DNA of 64,000 bases from Stegostoma tigrinum (Eukaryota): assembly GCF_030684315.1 (NCBI RefSeq), contig NC_081362.1, positions 64,522,586 to 64,586,585 on the forward strand, written 5' to 3'. A model generated the notes under the pieces. That model worked only from the letters and a program-made list of their open reading frames with translations. It ran no database searches and was not told the DNA's origin. The position numbers and the translations under genes are program-made. Below, in pieces: positions 50,410-62,845 of this stretch; positions within the stretch are counted from its first letter, which is position 1, and each line of letters opens with the position of its first letter.

Positions 50410-51324
50410 TCAGATACTGAATCAGCACGGTCTGTACAAATAGCTGATCGTTAGCAGAAATACCTTCAGACTTATAGGATGAGGGGAGAGAGACGACACA
50501 TCTCGAGCACCATACAAGTTTCCCTCTGTATTTGGAATCGATATTGTTTTGATTAAGGCACAAATCTCATTTTTAACGGACTCTTTTTGGAAATGTGTTG
50601 TGACGTTATAACATGAAAACAATGTTAGAAGCAGAAATACAAAGAAAGAGAATGGGACTCGCTCTTTGCGATAACAATGCTCCTTAACCGTACTGTTTTC
50701 CATTTTGATCCTGCTATTGATTATACGGCTCACCAACTACTGAAGGTGATCACTGTCCCCGCACAGTTTTGGGAGGAGGGATTGTGGCTGGTTTGTGAAA
50801 CTTAACCCTCTTCCACCCTTGGTGGGGATGAGCAGGATGCTTCATGTTGAGGCCATTCGGCCCTAAAGGCGTTGCTTTTTTAATCCATCGGCGGCGTGAC
50901 GAGTGTCAAGCTTCGGTCATTTCCCCACCGTCACCGTCAGTCCCTTTCTAACGTTTGGAAAAGTTATAATGCTTTCTGCAATGCTGAACGACGGTATTCA
51001 ATTCCCGAAGAATATCTGTCTGCGACCCTGAAATACAATGCCGTACAGTAGCCCTCCCGCCCAGGCCATGTGACAGGAGCATAACAGGTCGCTTGAAAAT
51101 CCCCGCAGAATGAAGGCGTTGTACACAGTTCCACTCTCTTCCGCTGATCTAATGGCTAATCATTAACTTGTGATAACCCAGAGACCCAGACGAACTACAT
51201 TTGCTGCCCGTGACATGTATTACAAGCTTACGTGAGCTTAATTCTAATTCTGTTTTGGTGCAGGCTCATTCATTCTGATAGGAAAGGGGAAAGCGCAGGG
51301 CGCGCCTATAATGGAACGACAGGG

Positions 51325-51362
<38 letters not shown>
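51325..51362. repeat. Compound microsatellite (GT)8(GA)11
   Basis: Read directly. Confidence 0.95.
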
Positions 51363-51364
<2 letters not shown>

Positions 51365-53549
51365 GTGATATGGAAATAGGTGAGGCAATTCAACTCCGAA
51401 GGACGCACTCAGTGGCCACCTTAGATAAGCTGAATCCAGTCAACCAATCAATAACTAACGATTTCCCTCTCAAACATTGAAAACAAAATTGATTAATCGC
51501 ATGTGGTTAGATTTTGTGGGTTTGGTGCCGGAAGAGGATAAACTCACGAGGTCACATAAAGATAGTGAAGATGCTGGCTGGCTCAGAGAATTTTTGTTCG
51601 CGATGTTTTGTTTTCCGTATGAGTGAGAGGGGAAGGTAGGTGGAAATCGAAATGAGAGCTAGAAATTCAACATGCTCCTGAATGGATAAAACAGATATTG
51701 CTGAAACTTAAATTCATCTGGCAGCATGCAGCGATGCTAAGTGGTTGCGCATGTCAGCAATGCCAGCCCCTCCAATTACTGCGTCCAATTAAATTATACG
51801 ATGCGGGATCCACTCCGGCGAGGCTACCTCGTCTCATCTTTACTAGCCCAAATTTAGACGGGTGCTGTTAGATTCCGCAACACTCCAGAGCAAACCTGGT
51901 GTCAGCATTTATGTTGTTAAGGTAGTGTGCTTGCTCCGACACCACAGAAAGACAAAAAGCGTTGGGCCCACCAGGATTATTTAGTAGAGCCGATGAACCT
52001 GAAACTTGGTCTCCTGAATCCTGCAATGAACTGGAATTTTTTCCCCCCTAGGATCTCTTCCAATTTATTTAAAATTACAAACAACACGGAAAAGGTTGTT
52101 GTGCATTCAGTGCTACCTTGAATTTATTTTTAGGGAAAATGCACAAAATGCTGGACGATGACAGGAGAAAGCATCGAAACAATGTTTTACATTTTAGATG
52201 CAAAATGAGTGTGAAAGAAAATGACAATTAAGTCATGCCTTTGTTTCTAAAGGACCTGGAGAATAGTGAACATCAGAGTGGAACTTACTCTGCACCCTAT
52301 AGAATCAATTCAGAGGGTGAGCATTTTGTTCAAAGTCAGGCTTGGGGTTAATAATTTGACCAATCATATGGGGGAATTGTATGAAAGACGAATTGCTCCA
52401 GAGTATGTAATAGTTAATGGAGGTATGTATCACTGCCATTGATCAGAAGCACAGAAGATTTTGGATTTCACCGAAGTAGTTTAAGAATTTGATTTCAATT
52501 ACAAATATCTGGAATTAGGTTAAAATATCTGTTCTCGGTATCGGTGATCATGAAATAGTTTATCGTTTAAAAACCCAACTGGTCCAACAAAATTCTTTAT
52601 GGAAAGATACTTGTTGCCTTCACTTGGTCCAACCTGAATAGGTCCAGTCATACACAAACTAATTTCCCTTTGAAGTGACTTATGAAACTATTCTGTAGTA
52701 CCTAACTGCTGTAAAGAATAGATCGTAGTAGTTCACGAGGCTCACCCTCAATATTTGAGGCCAAGCACAAAGGACAAGGAGAGTCAGTGTTCCTTGTGGT
52801 GTCCACATCTTGAAAATGATATGCTGAAGCCAGGGAATATGATTCATGGCTGTTGATATTCAAGGTGGTTGACATACGTGAGTCTTGTTAAAGTGCAATA
52901 TCTGAGGAGGCTCAGGCTAATTAGGAATGATTGCAATTCAGATGTTTGCTGGTCCTAACAGATCTTCAAAGATGTCAACCATTTGCAGTGCACTAACAGT
53001 GTCAATGGAAGGCACTACTGTTCTTAGATCTCATCTGATGCTATGTACTACCTCCACAATAACAACCTGCTTTTCAATCTCTGTATCTGTTTGCCCAATT
53101 TCTTGTCTCCCCTGTTAAAGGTTCAGACACATGTTTAGTTTAGGAAATATTGTTGATTCCCCTGCAACACACCCTCATGATGACTCTGCAAGTGTAAGCC
53201 TAGACACAGAGTGTCAGCAGGCTACTTGACAACAGAAAGCATCATGATCAGGCTTGATGCCTTGACACTTGCTTTTGTAAAATACTCTGACTAGAAACTA
53301 AGAGAAGAAATCCTGGTTGGCTTTCTGTCTATCCAACCAAGTGATGTAAGGGCCATTGGTGAGATCTCACTGGCAGAGATCACATAACTCATGGAGTGAA
53401 CTTACACTAGTTCTGCTTTATATTATGCTGGATTGTTCACTTCTGAAGGGGAAATGAAAGATTACCAGGACAATCAATTCTCATTTCTTCCCTCATTGGT
53501 GCATCTTCACATAATGCCTTCTGTAAGTATTATTGACATGGGGAAAGAA

Positions 53550-54382
53550 AGAGTTGGGCAGATAAATGGCAGATGGAGTTCAATCCGGGCAAATGCGAGG
53601 TGATGCAATTTGGAAGATCAAATTCAAGGGCGAACTAAATGGAAAAGTCTGAGGGGAAAATTGATGAACAGAGAGATCTGGGTGTTCAGATCCATTGTTC
53701 CCTGATGGTGACAACGCAGGTCAATAGGGTGGTCAAGAAGGCATATGGCATGCTTTCCTTCATTGGGCGGGGTATTGAGTACAAGAGTTGGCAGGTCATG
53801 TTGCAGTTGTATAGGACTTTGGTTCAGCCACATTTGGAGTACTGTGTACAGTTCTGGTCGCCACATTACCAAAAGGATGTGGATGCTTTGGAGAGGATGC
53901 AGAGGAGGTTCACCAGGATGTTGCCTGGTATGGAGGGTGCTAACTATGAAGAGAGGTTGAGTAGATTAGGATTATTTTCATTAGAAAGATGGAGATTGAG
54001 GGGGGACCTGATTGAGGTCTACAAAATCATGAGGGGTATAGACAGGGTGGATAGCAAAAAGCTTTTTCCCAGAGTGGGGGCCTCAATTACTAGGGGTCAT
54101 GAGTTCAAGGTGAGAGGAGGAAAGTTTAATGGAGATATGAGTGGAAAGCTCTTTACGCAGGGTGGTGGGTGCCTGGAATGTGTTGCCAGCGGAGATGGTA
54201 GACGCAGACACGTTAGCGTCTTTTAAGATATATTTGGACAGGTACATGGATGGGCAGGGAGCAAATGGACACAGACCCTTAGAAAATAGATGACAGGTTA
54301 GACAGAGGATCTTGATCGGTGCAGGCTTGGAGGGCTGAAGGGCCTGTTCCTGTGCTGTAGGTTTCTTTGTTCTTTGTTCTTT
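53550..54382 (+). mobile_element. 5'-truncated CR1 LINE 3' end in PKDCC intron 1
   Basis: WQMEFN, HLEYCVQFWSPHY, RLRGDLIEVYK; (ttctttg)n tail. Confidence 0.9.
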
Positions 54383-57314
54383 GAAGCACACATCCTGTGA
54401 CCAATCTCAGAAAATCTGTGGATTAATCTTATCCAAATTAGCAACGATTGTTCCAACGTTCTTCACCAACAAGAAATTTTCATGGACCGTAGCATTTTCA
54501 TTCCTACCACCTCCATGAAGAACCTGCTACATAGGATCAGTCCCTTTTCAGCCATCTAATCTGACATCTTGTCTTCATATTTTCTAGGCAGGCTCCTTAG
54601 TTCTATCCCAATCTATTTTGACCATTTTACCTTGATCTACTCATATCCTATTCCATTATAACTTTTAAAAGCTAGATTCCCTCCTCAGTATAAAAGATTT
54701 AAAGTTTGTTCTTGTTGCTCTCCTCTGTACCTCCTATGGACCAATATGTATCATAAGATAAATAAAATTAACAGTAACAGCATAAAATTATAACCACTAG
54801 CTTTGTTATTTATAGGCTAAAGTATTTTTAAAGCTGCCTTGTCCATTATTACCAAACCCCATTTTTATCCAGTGTACATTTTTCAGGATAAAATGTTCCT
54901 GTTCACGAACATTCAGGAAGGTGACTCTACCGAGAGCAATTATGCGGAACGCTCACTCTTGCATTAAAACCTTGATAGAGACTGGCACAAGACAGCTTTG
55001 AATTGTTCAGAAGTTCTCTCCCCAGTGATTCGGTTTGTTATTCACTTCACACAACAAAACAAGCCCATTTTTCTTGCATATTCATTCATGAAGCGATGGC
55101 GCATACTTGCTGTTAACTTACTGATGACAGCTTAATAAGGTCCTCTCTTTGTGTTCCTTCCCAATGAGCTTGTCAAGCTTTGTGCGTCAGGCTAACCTTT
55201 CTCTTTTTTTCCCTCTGGGGAAGGGGCAGTTGTGTCACTATTATTTAGAAGAATTAACGACTTTTAAGAGACCGGGCTGTGACAGATTGCATTGAGTTTG
55301 TCACATATATAAAAACTTACAAGATTTGGGTTTTCATTATTTAAACCTTTGGTAAACAATTTAGCCTCGAGTTATAAAGAAAAATTGCATTAAAGATATT
55401 TTGTAGTTAGCAAAATGCAATTTGCAAATTTCAAAGTTTTGATTTAATAGGTCAAATATTCAAATCAATGGACTGTTTTCGGAAATGAACAGAAAGGTAC
55501 AGATTTATCTTTTTTAAAAGTACTGTCTGAAAAATGTAATTTTCATTGTTATCTTTGAAAATCACAAAAATACTGAACTAATTAAAGAAAATAAATTGGT
55601 TTTAAAATGATTAGCTAAAAGCAGCAAGCAATTTCCAATTTGTAATCCCAGTAGTCAGACTGAAAATAATTTGTATAGAAAGTGTCACTTTCTCTTTCAA
55701 TAGTAATGGTTATACGACACAGTGTTGTACAGAAGGTCACAAGCATGTCTAAAGTTGGGGGTAAGTTAAACTGTTGTTGATAAATAAGTGATTTTGAAAT
55801 GTTGGGTAAAGTAATTTCCTCAAATTGAATTTTTATTTAATAATTTGAGGCAATGTTATTAGATTGAAATCTTACTTTATGTATGCAATATAGGCAGTTC
55901 AAGAATCCCTCCTGTTCTCACTGTATCTTTTTAAACTGTTCACTTGTATTTGGTTCTGACAAGTTTGTATATTGATGCTGATGCACTATTTTTGAAGCAA
56001 ACTTGAAACATTTGATTAAAATGGATCTTTCCACAAGCCATCAAAGGTCTTGTGTAAAATTTACTGTAAATCTGAGCATTTAGAAGCACGGAGATAAATT
56101 GTGTACAAATCTAGTATAATAGTCCCAGATTGCACTCCACTTTGTACAAGGATAAACTTTCGGAAATGGTAATGATAGGGGGTTGGGTGGTGAACTTGCT
56201 GTGAGTGCAAAGCACAAATTACCCATAATTTATCTAACCATCAGGCTGTCAATTTAGTATCTCAAGATCCTGCAAGAAAACTGGTGTTGATAATTGAAAT
56301 GTCACACTGATGAAGCCAGCAGTTCTGAGATTGGGATTAAGGCACATGTTGGGGTTGAGAAAAGGAAGTTTTAATCAATATGTAACTTCTGTAATAACTG
56401 CCTTCATTCTTAAGTCTTGTAATGGGCGTAAACAGTGGGGGAAAATACTGTCATCCCTCAATTTGACAAAATTAAAAGTGACCATCCCTCAAAATAATTT
56501 GTTTGAGATTGTTTATATTCCTAATTCTTCAATGGAGCAACTAAATTCATGAAACAATAAAGACCAAAATCACAATTATATGAGGTCAGGTTTAACTGTT
56601 GCCATCTATTTTATAACTTATCTGATTTTCTTTTACACTGACAGCCACTGCCCCTTTTCTGCTAGTGTTAACAGTCAAGTTCACCCCTTGTGTTTTGGAA
56701 GTGAAAAATCCTTTGACCTGATTATTTTTCTACCATTAAACGTTTTACTGCAAAAGTAACCAGGCATGCCATTTGTGAAAATCATCTTTGTCATAAGACT
56801 ATACAAAGACGCTGTAATTCCAAGAAATGCAGTCCTACTGCTTTGATTTAATGAAAATGTTTGGGTTCATTTAGATTTATTTTTACTGGAGTGAAAAATG
56901 TTCACATTTATCAACATTTCATAATAGAAACATGTTGACAGACAGGTTTCTGTCTCCCCAGCTAGTGGTTACAATGTGGAATTCACTCCCATAAAGCTTG
57001 GTTGAAGCAAATAGCATTGCTTTTAATAGTTGAGGGAGATAATAGCAGAGATTAGATAAAGGAAGGAGAGAACTGGCTCATGGAGCATAAACAATGGCAC
57101 GTGGACAAAATGGTCTGTTTCGTGCTGTAAATTTGGTCAAATACAATATAAAAGATCCCAGGTATCATGCTTATAATGTTTTGCTAACTCATTAGTTACT
57201 TTGCAGTAATATTAGATGTAGACTGTTCTCCTGTATACATTCATTTTTTTCCGATTAAACATGCTGCTATTCTTATGTTTTCTTTCTTCCTTTGTACTTA
57301 ATTCTTTTCTACAG

Positions 57315-57437
57315 CTATATGGTTACTGTTACCAGGACAGCAATGACATTGCAGACACATTGACCACTATCACAGAGCTTGGGTCTCCATTGGAGATGAT
57401 TCAGCTTCTACAAACTTCATGGGAGGAAAGGTTCCGA
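57315..57437 (+). CDS. PKDCC: PKDCC coding exon 2 (123 bp)
   Basis: Acceptor ttcttttctacag|; [41 protein letters not shown]; donor CGA|gtaagt; phase 0/0, in frame with exon 1. Confidence 0.96.
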
Positions 57438-57809
57438 GTAAGTAATGAGAGTCTCTGGAGCTTTGAGTGGGAAGCTGGTTGGGGGTGGAAGGAAAAAATG
57501 CTGGGAAACATGGAAAGAAAATACCTCGGCTGCAAAAGAATTTAATTTCAAGAACAGTTTTTGTTCCCTGGGATTAATGGTTGCTTGATAAACATGGTAG
57601 CCTTTTTAAATCTTTCTAATTAGTCAGGAATGTGTTAGCTAAACCTAACTATCTTCATCTGGCTGAGCGTAATGAGGTAATTTCTCCTGCGTTTTGTTTA
57701 GGATCTGGGACTTAACATTCCAGTTGCTTCAACATTTAAAAATAAAATAATGCCTTTCTGTACGTTTCCCATGTTCCTCATGAAGCATCAGAATATATGT
57801 TCAAACAAA

Positions 57810-58560
57810 AGAATGTACAAATTGGCTGCAGAAAATGGCCACTTGGCCCTTTGAGCTTGCTCTGTCATTTAATAGGGTCACGTCTGTTCTGATTACTCTA
57901 CATTCCTACCCAGCCCGATAATATTTCACCCCCTGTTCCTTAGAAATATTTGAAGATTCTGCTTCCACTGTCCTTTGAAGAAAAGAGTTCCCAGTTCACG
58001 ATGCCCTGTGAGGAATATAAAAATCTAACTTAAATGGAAGACCCCTTTTTAACTAGTGATGCCTTGTTCTAGACTCTTCCACACGAGAAGCTTTTTTTCC
58101 ACATCCATCTCATCAAGATCTCTCAACATTTTGCATACTTCAATTAAGGTACCTCTGAATTCCAGTGGATACAATCTTACCGGTCCAAATCTTTCTCCCA
58201 TTGATGTCAGTGTATTTACATCCTTCCATAAATAAGGAGGCAACACTGCACAGAGTACTTTAAATATTTCAACAATTTCCTATATAACTGAAGCGTAATC
58301 TTGCTAAATTTATATTCAGTTCTCCACAAAATGATAACATTCTAATAACTTAAATAATTACTTATATCTGCATAATATTAGGATACTCAGGTTCCCCTCT
58401 GCAATTTCTCACCATTTTGTTAATATGCTTCATTCCCATTCTTACTGTCAAAATGGACAATTTAGCATTTCCTGATATTGTACTCCATGTGCCAGAACTT
58501 TGCCGTTTACTTATCCCTTTGTGGCCTTCTAATGTCCTTGTCGCAACTTACTTTCCTACC
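57810..58560 (-). mobile_element. Old CR1 3' fragment in PKDCC intron 2
   Basis: PYLWKDVN, YPLEFRG.LIEVCKML remnants; CR1-type 3' UTR. Confidence 0.65.
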
Positions 58561-60032
58561 TCTCTTCGTGCCATCGTGCGATTGAACTTCCTTGGTAGCT
58601 CAAGTCCTCGAATGTTATATAAAATCACCCTGAAAGAGACAAGTCTCAAACACAGCAAGCTGCTTGGCAAGAGAGATGTGCTTTGTATTTTCCATGAATA
58701 ATGCCTATTAAATTTAATTCTTCACTCTATGACCCTAATATGATTCTTTCTCAACCGAGTTCTTGCAATTTTCAGGGCAAGAGAAAAACACACAAAGATA
58801 AGTTTCATTTGTTTTCTTATTTTTTAAAAAAACTATTCTTTAATTTCCTTTTAACGTTCTCCCCACGATAAGCCTCCTGTATTTTCAGTCAGGATGGCAA
58901 GCCTATCCAGTGAACAGACATTGCCATTGATACTGTCAGTGGTACTCTTCAGATCTCTTATGGATCGAACTATTCACTGGTTCAAGAAGCCTCAGCTGGG
59001 GAGAGATAGAGGGTTTTCTTTTTCTTTGGCATCCCAAGAAAGGTCCTTTCTATGAAACTAGATTTCCAAAAGCAAATGTTAGTTGTCTGGTTCAGTGAGC
59101 CAGTGCTTTGATGTTATTGAGTACAGACTACCCTGAATTCTCCATTCATTTATTAGTATTACTAACAACTTTGAAGAGCTGTCACTTCCTAGGACTCTGT
59201 GGATTTTCCATGTTTCTTATGTGAAGTAGGTAAATGTAAAACTCTACAGTGGTTTGTTTTCTTGTTACTTCTTCCACAGCGTATTATTTTTTCCCCAAAA
59301 CTTATAAATTAACTTGAATTGCAATGAACAAATCAAAGGGCTCAGACACATGAAATTACACCACTTCTTAGATTCATTAAATGTGTCTGTTCTTTTGTGC
59401 AATGTAAATATAGTGAACCTTCCTCTGTTGTGCTGCTATACTATGCTTCATATTTAAAGGTGAGAAATGATGTAGAAAAGTGATATAAAAACACACCTTG
59501 AGGTTGTCCTCTTAACTGAGCAATATGTGTCAAGTCTAATTTTCAGCCTGTGCTAAAGTAACCAGTCTTAGCCAGAACATCACTTTAATCACACCCTAAT
59601 GTAGCTAAATATGTTGCAAGTGAGGACAGAAGTCGACTCAGCTGTATGTAGCAGAATAACCTGTTGATGTTTGTATTCAAATAGTGGCTACTTGGGTGGG
59701 ATGCAGACTGGTTCCGCGAAAATGCCATTTTCTGGACTCTGTATCCATTGTGCAGTGACATTGAAGGAACGGGATTGCAGCAAGAAAAATTGTTTGTAGC
59801 AACAGAGAGAAACCAAAACTGAGCATCTAGGCATGTGAAGGCATGTAAAGTCTAAGTAAAATCAGTCATGTTGACCAGCTAGTCTTTATATGTAACTCAT
59901 TTCCATTGAACTTTCTCCTTATACATAATTGTTAAAGGGAGAGCAAGTGAGAGTATGTTTTACAGAGCTCTGTCTTTTTTGATCTTTTTAAAACTGAAAC
60001 TAATTGAATGAAGTATGCTATTTTCATTGCAG

Positions 60033-60304
60033 ATATGTTTGAGTTTGATACGCTTACTACACTATTTGGCCCATTCACCTCTTGGCTCAGTGACTTTGTT
60101 GGACTTTCGCCCTCGACAATTTGTCATTGTTGATGGTGAACTAAAAGTGACGGATTTGGATGATGCCAGTATCAGTGAAACACCCTGCTTAAGCAATAGT
60201 GACTGTTTTATGGAATTCCCAGCCCGAAATTTCACTTTAATATGTTCCTTGGAGGGCAGATGTCAAAGCATGAACGAGAAACGGAATCTCTACAACGCAT
60301 ATAG
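60033..60304 (+). CDS. PKDCC: PKDCC coding exon 3 (272 bp), catalytic segment
   Basis: Acceptor ttttcattgcag|; [45 protein letters not shown]...[10 protein letters not shown]; DFRPRQF and DLDD are the VLK-type replacements of the HRD and DFG segments; phase-2 donor AG|gtaatt. Confidence 0.96.
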
Positions 60305-62161
60305 GTAATTGCTTCTTTCACTGCTGAACGTGTCAGCAGAGCTCAGATTGCAACCACTGCTATTGTCTGAAACTGCCTGTCAGTTTCATCACAATGCAAA
60401 ATTGCTTTGCAACTACATTCCACTTTGTGAAGAACATGTGTAATTGACTTCGTTCTCTGGATCTCAGAAGGGATAATATGTCCAAACGTAATGCAGTCTG
60501 ATATGGGCTTAGTGTTTATTATGACAAGAGAAGAAAAGCAATAAATAGTGAGAGAGTTTGCAATGATCCCAATGTTTTTATACAGTTCAGTCATAATCTT
60601 GACAAAATCAAAAAAAAGTGTTAAATCACCAAGTCATGCTAATCTTTGCAGATAGGTACAGTTTGCCCTACTCAGCACCTTTCAGAAACATACAAGCTAC
60701 ACAAAGCATCACTTAGCCACTAACACGAGCATTGCTGTGAGAATGTTACAGATATTTCAGGACAGAAACCTGACCTGACAAGATGTTGTCGGGTCAATAC
60801 GTTGATTAGTACCATGCACAATATTGTTGAATTCACGTGGTACGTAAAACGTAGGCATGCACGTTCAATAACTAGAAACTACTATAGCAATTGCTGCTAA
60901 ATATTCTGACTTCTTGAATTACCACATAACTGCTGTGGAAATGTCAAAAGGTGATTTTGAAGGGGGAATTGTGTCTGGAGTTGAAAATAATACTGATCAA
61001 AAGCCATATTACCTGGAGCATAATTCTTGAATATTTTGCGGGGATTAAAAATAAATTCAATGCTAATTTACCTAGTACTGAACTGAAGATACAATCAAAC
61101 TGTAATAAATGGCTATAAGTGATTTGCTGTTGTCCCTAGTCTCTTTCATTAACAGGAAACAGTGTCATAGACTTGAGCACATAATCTTAAATTGACACTT
61201 TATTGAAGTGAGGGTGTTTCAATGGTGGAGTTGCCGACATGTTGAAACTGAAGATTGATGTAACTATGTGATTCAAGGAAGAACAGAAGTGTTCTCACAG
61301 CATCCTGTTCAACACCTTTCCCTTAACCTACACCTAAGGCAGATTATGAGTTTAATTCATCACTGTTTGTTGGAACTTATTTTCTCCAAATCTGTTGCTG
61401 TGTTACCTATGTTAAAGCAATTCTAAATTATTTACAAGGTTGATTGTACTAGTAATCTGGAATTCCCTGAGATCATGAAGGAACTGTCATTTTCTTTTGC
61501 AATTCTTCTATGAAAATCCTTGCATGGTGGTATAGTATATACTTAGTCCAAAGCAAATTGAATGTTCTGAAGCCCAATTTAAAGGCTAATGATTGTTACT
61601 GTGGTGTCGACAATTTGGTTATTCTTTCTACAAAATGTATCATATCATCATGGGTCCAATGTTCACTTCCCAACCATCTGCCCATTTCACAAGAAAAACA
61701 AGAGGATAATTGGAAATTGGAATAATGCCTTTAGCAGATACCACTTTTAGATTGAAAGTGAGCAAGCAGTTTAGCTGTCTAACCAGGTGATGACTCAGAA
61801 ATTAGCTTAGGAAACTTATAATTTGGGCCAAGTGGAACAAAGTGTTTTCTAGGCCCAAAAGGAAGCTATGGTGGGCTGCCCTTAAAATTGACTGTGTGGT
61901 TTGACAGCCTGCTTTTGATTTGATTTTATTTTGTTTCCATTGATTTTAATGGAAATTGAAACTGAATTATTTTTATTGCAGTAGCTGAATCACAAAGCCA
62001 GTTTGCACCAGGTTGGCAGGCTAAACATCTACATTCGTGTTTTTACCCTGTTATATGCTCTTATGAAACATATGAGGAAAATGATACTAAAACAAAACAA
62101 AAAAAAACTGTGGATGTTGAAATAAAACTCTAAGCTATAGTAACTTGCTTTTCAATTTCAT

Positions 62162-62195
62162 AAAACACAAAATAACTGAAAACACAAAATAACTG
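62162..62195. repeat. 17-bp tandem duplication aaaacacaaaataactg x2
   Basis: Read directly. Confidence 0.9.
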
Positions 62196-62765
62196 AAAAC
62201 AAAAATAAGATTGGGCAATTTGTAATAACAGACTGCTAATTTGTTACTGTCTTTTTGTAGTTTCACCTAAGCTTGCTCTTAACTCCACTTATTTCTTATA
62301 TATTAACAAGGTAATTTCTGAGTAAGGTTTATGGAACTGATCTGTAAAATAATAAAAGTAAATCTTAACTTTGTAGAGGAACTAAATGGGCCACTGTAGA
62401 TCGGTTATTTGTTCTACACATTACACAATTTCCCTTTCCACTAACATAATTCCATCAATTGAGCACTTCTGCAAACATTCAATTTTACTTCCATTGACTC
62501 CAATCTCATATTTGCAAATGAGCATAAATCCTAGCTTTTAAACTAAAATTGATAATCTGTTAAGAGGATGTAAGAATTATTGGTAACAAATGCTGATTCA
62601 TAGCACATGTCATTGGCAGATGTTTAGATGCAAATTGGCTGATTGGCCTTCAGACTAGAGATTCCAGGAATGGCAAGATCAGAAGTGTGCAGAGGACTAA
62701 AATGATTAAATCTCTTCTCCATTAAGGAGGACTCTAACACAGCTCAATATCTACTTACATTGCAG

Positions 62766-62845
62766 GTTTTTTTTTACCTACCTCTTGCCGCATAGTGCCC
62801 CATCAAGTCTGCGGTCACTGCTGGATACTGTAGTGAATGCCACAG
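62766..62845 (+). CDS. PKDCC: PKDCC coding exon 4 (80 bp; absent from the ORF track)
   Basis: Acceptor cattgcag|G completes the Arg codon split at exon 3; reads (R)[26 protein letters not shown](G); donor G|gtatga. Later exons were not found in the window. Confidence 0.93.

Noticed and set aside
51290-51365. Intronic alternative promoter (gcgcgcc-tataat next to the GT/GA repeat)
   Set aside because: Short motifs only; not distinguishable from chance.
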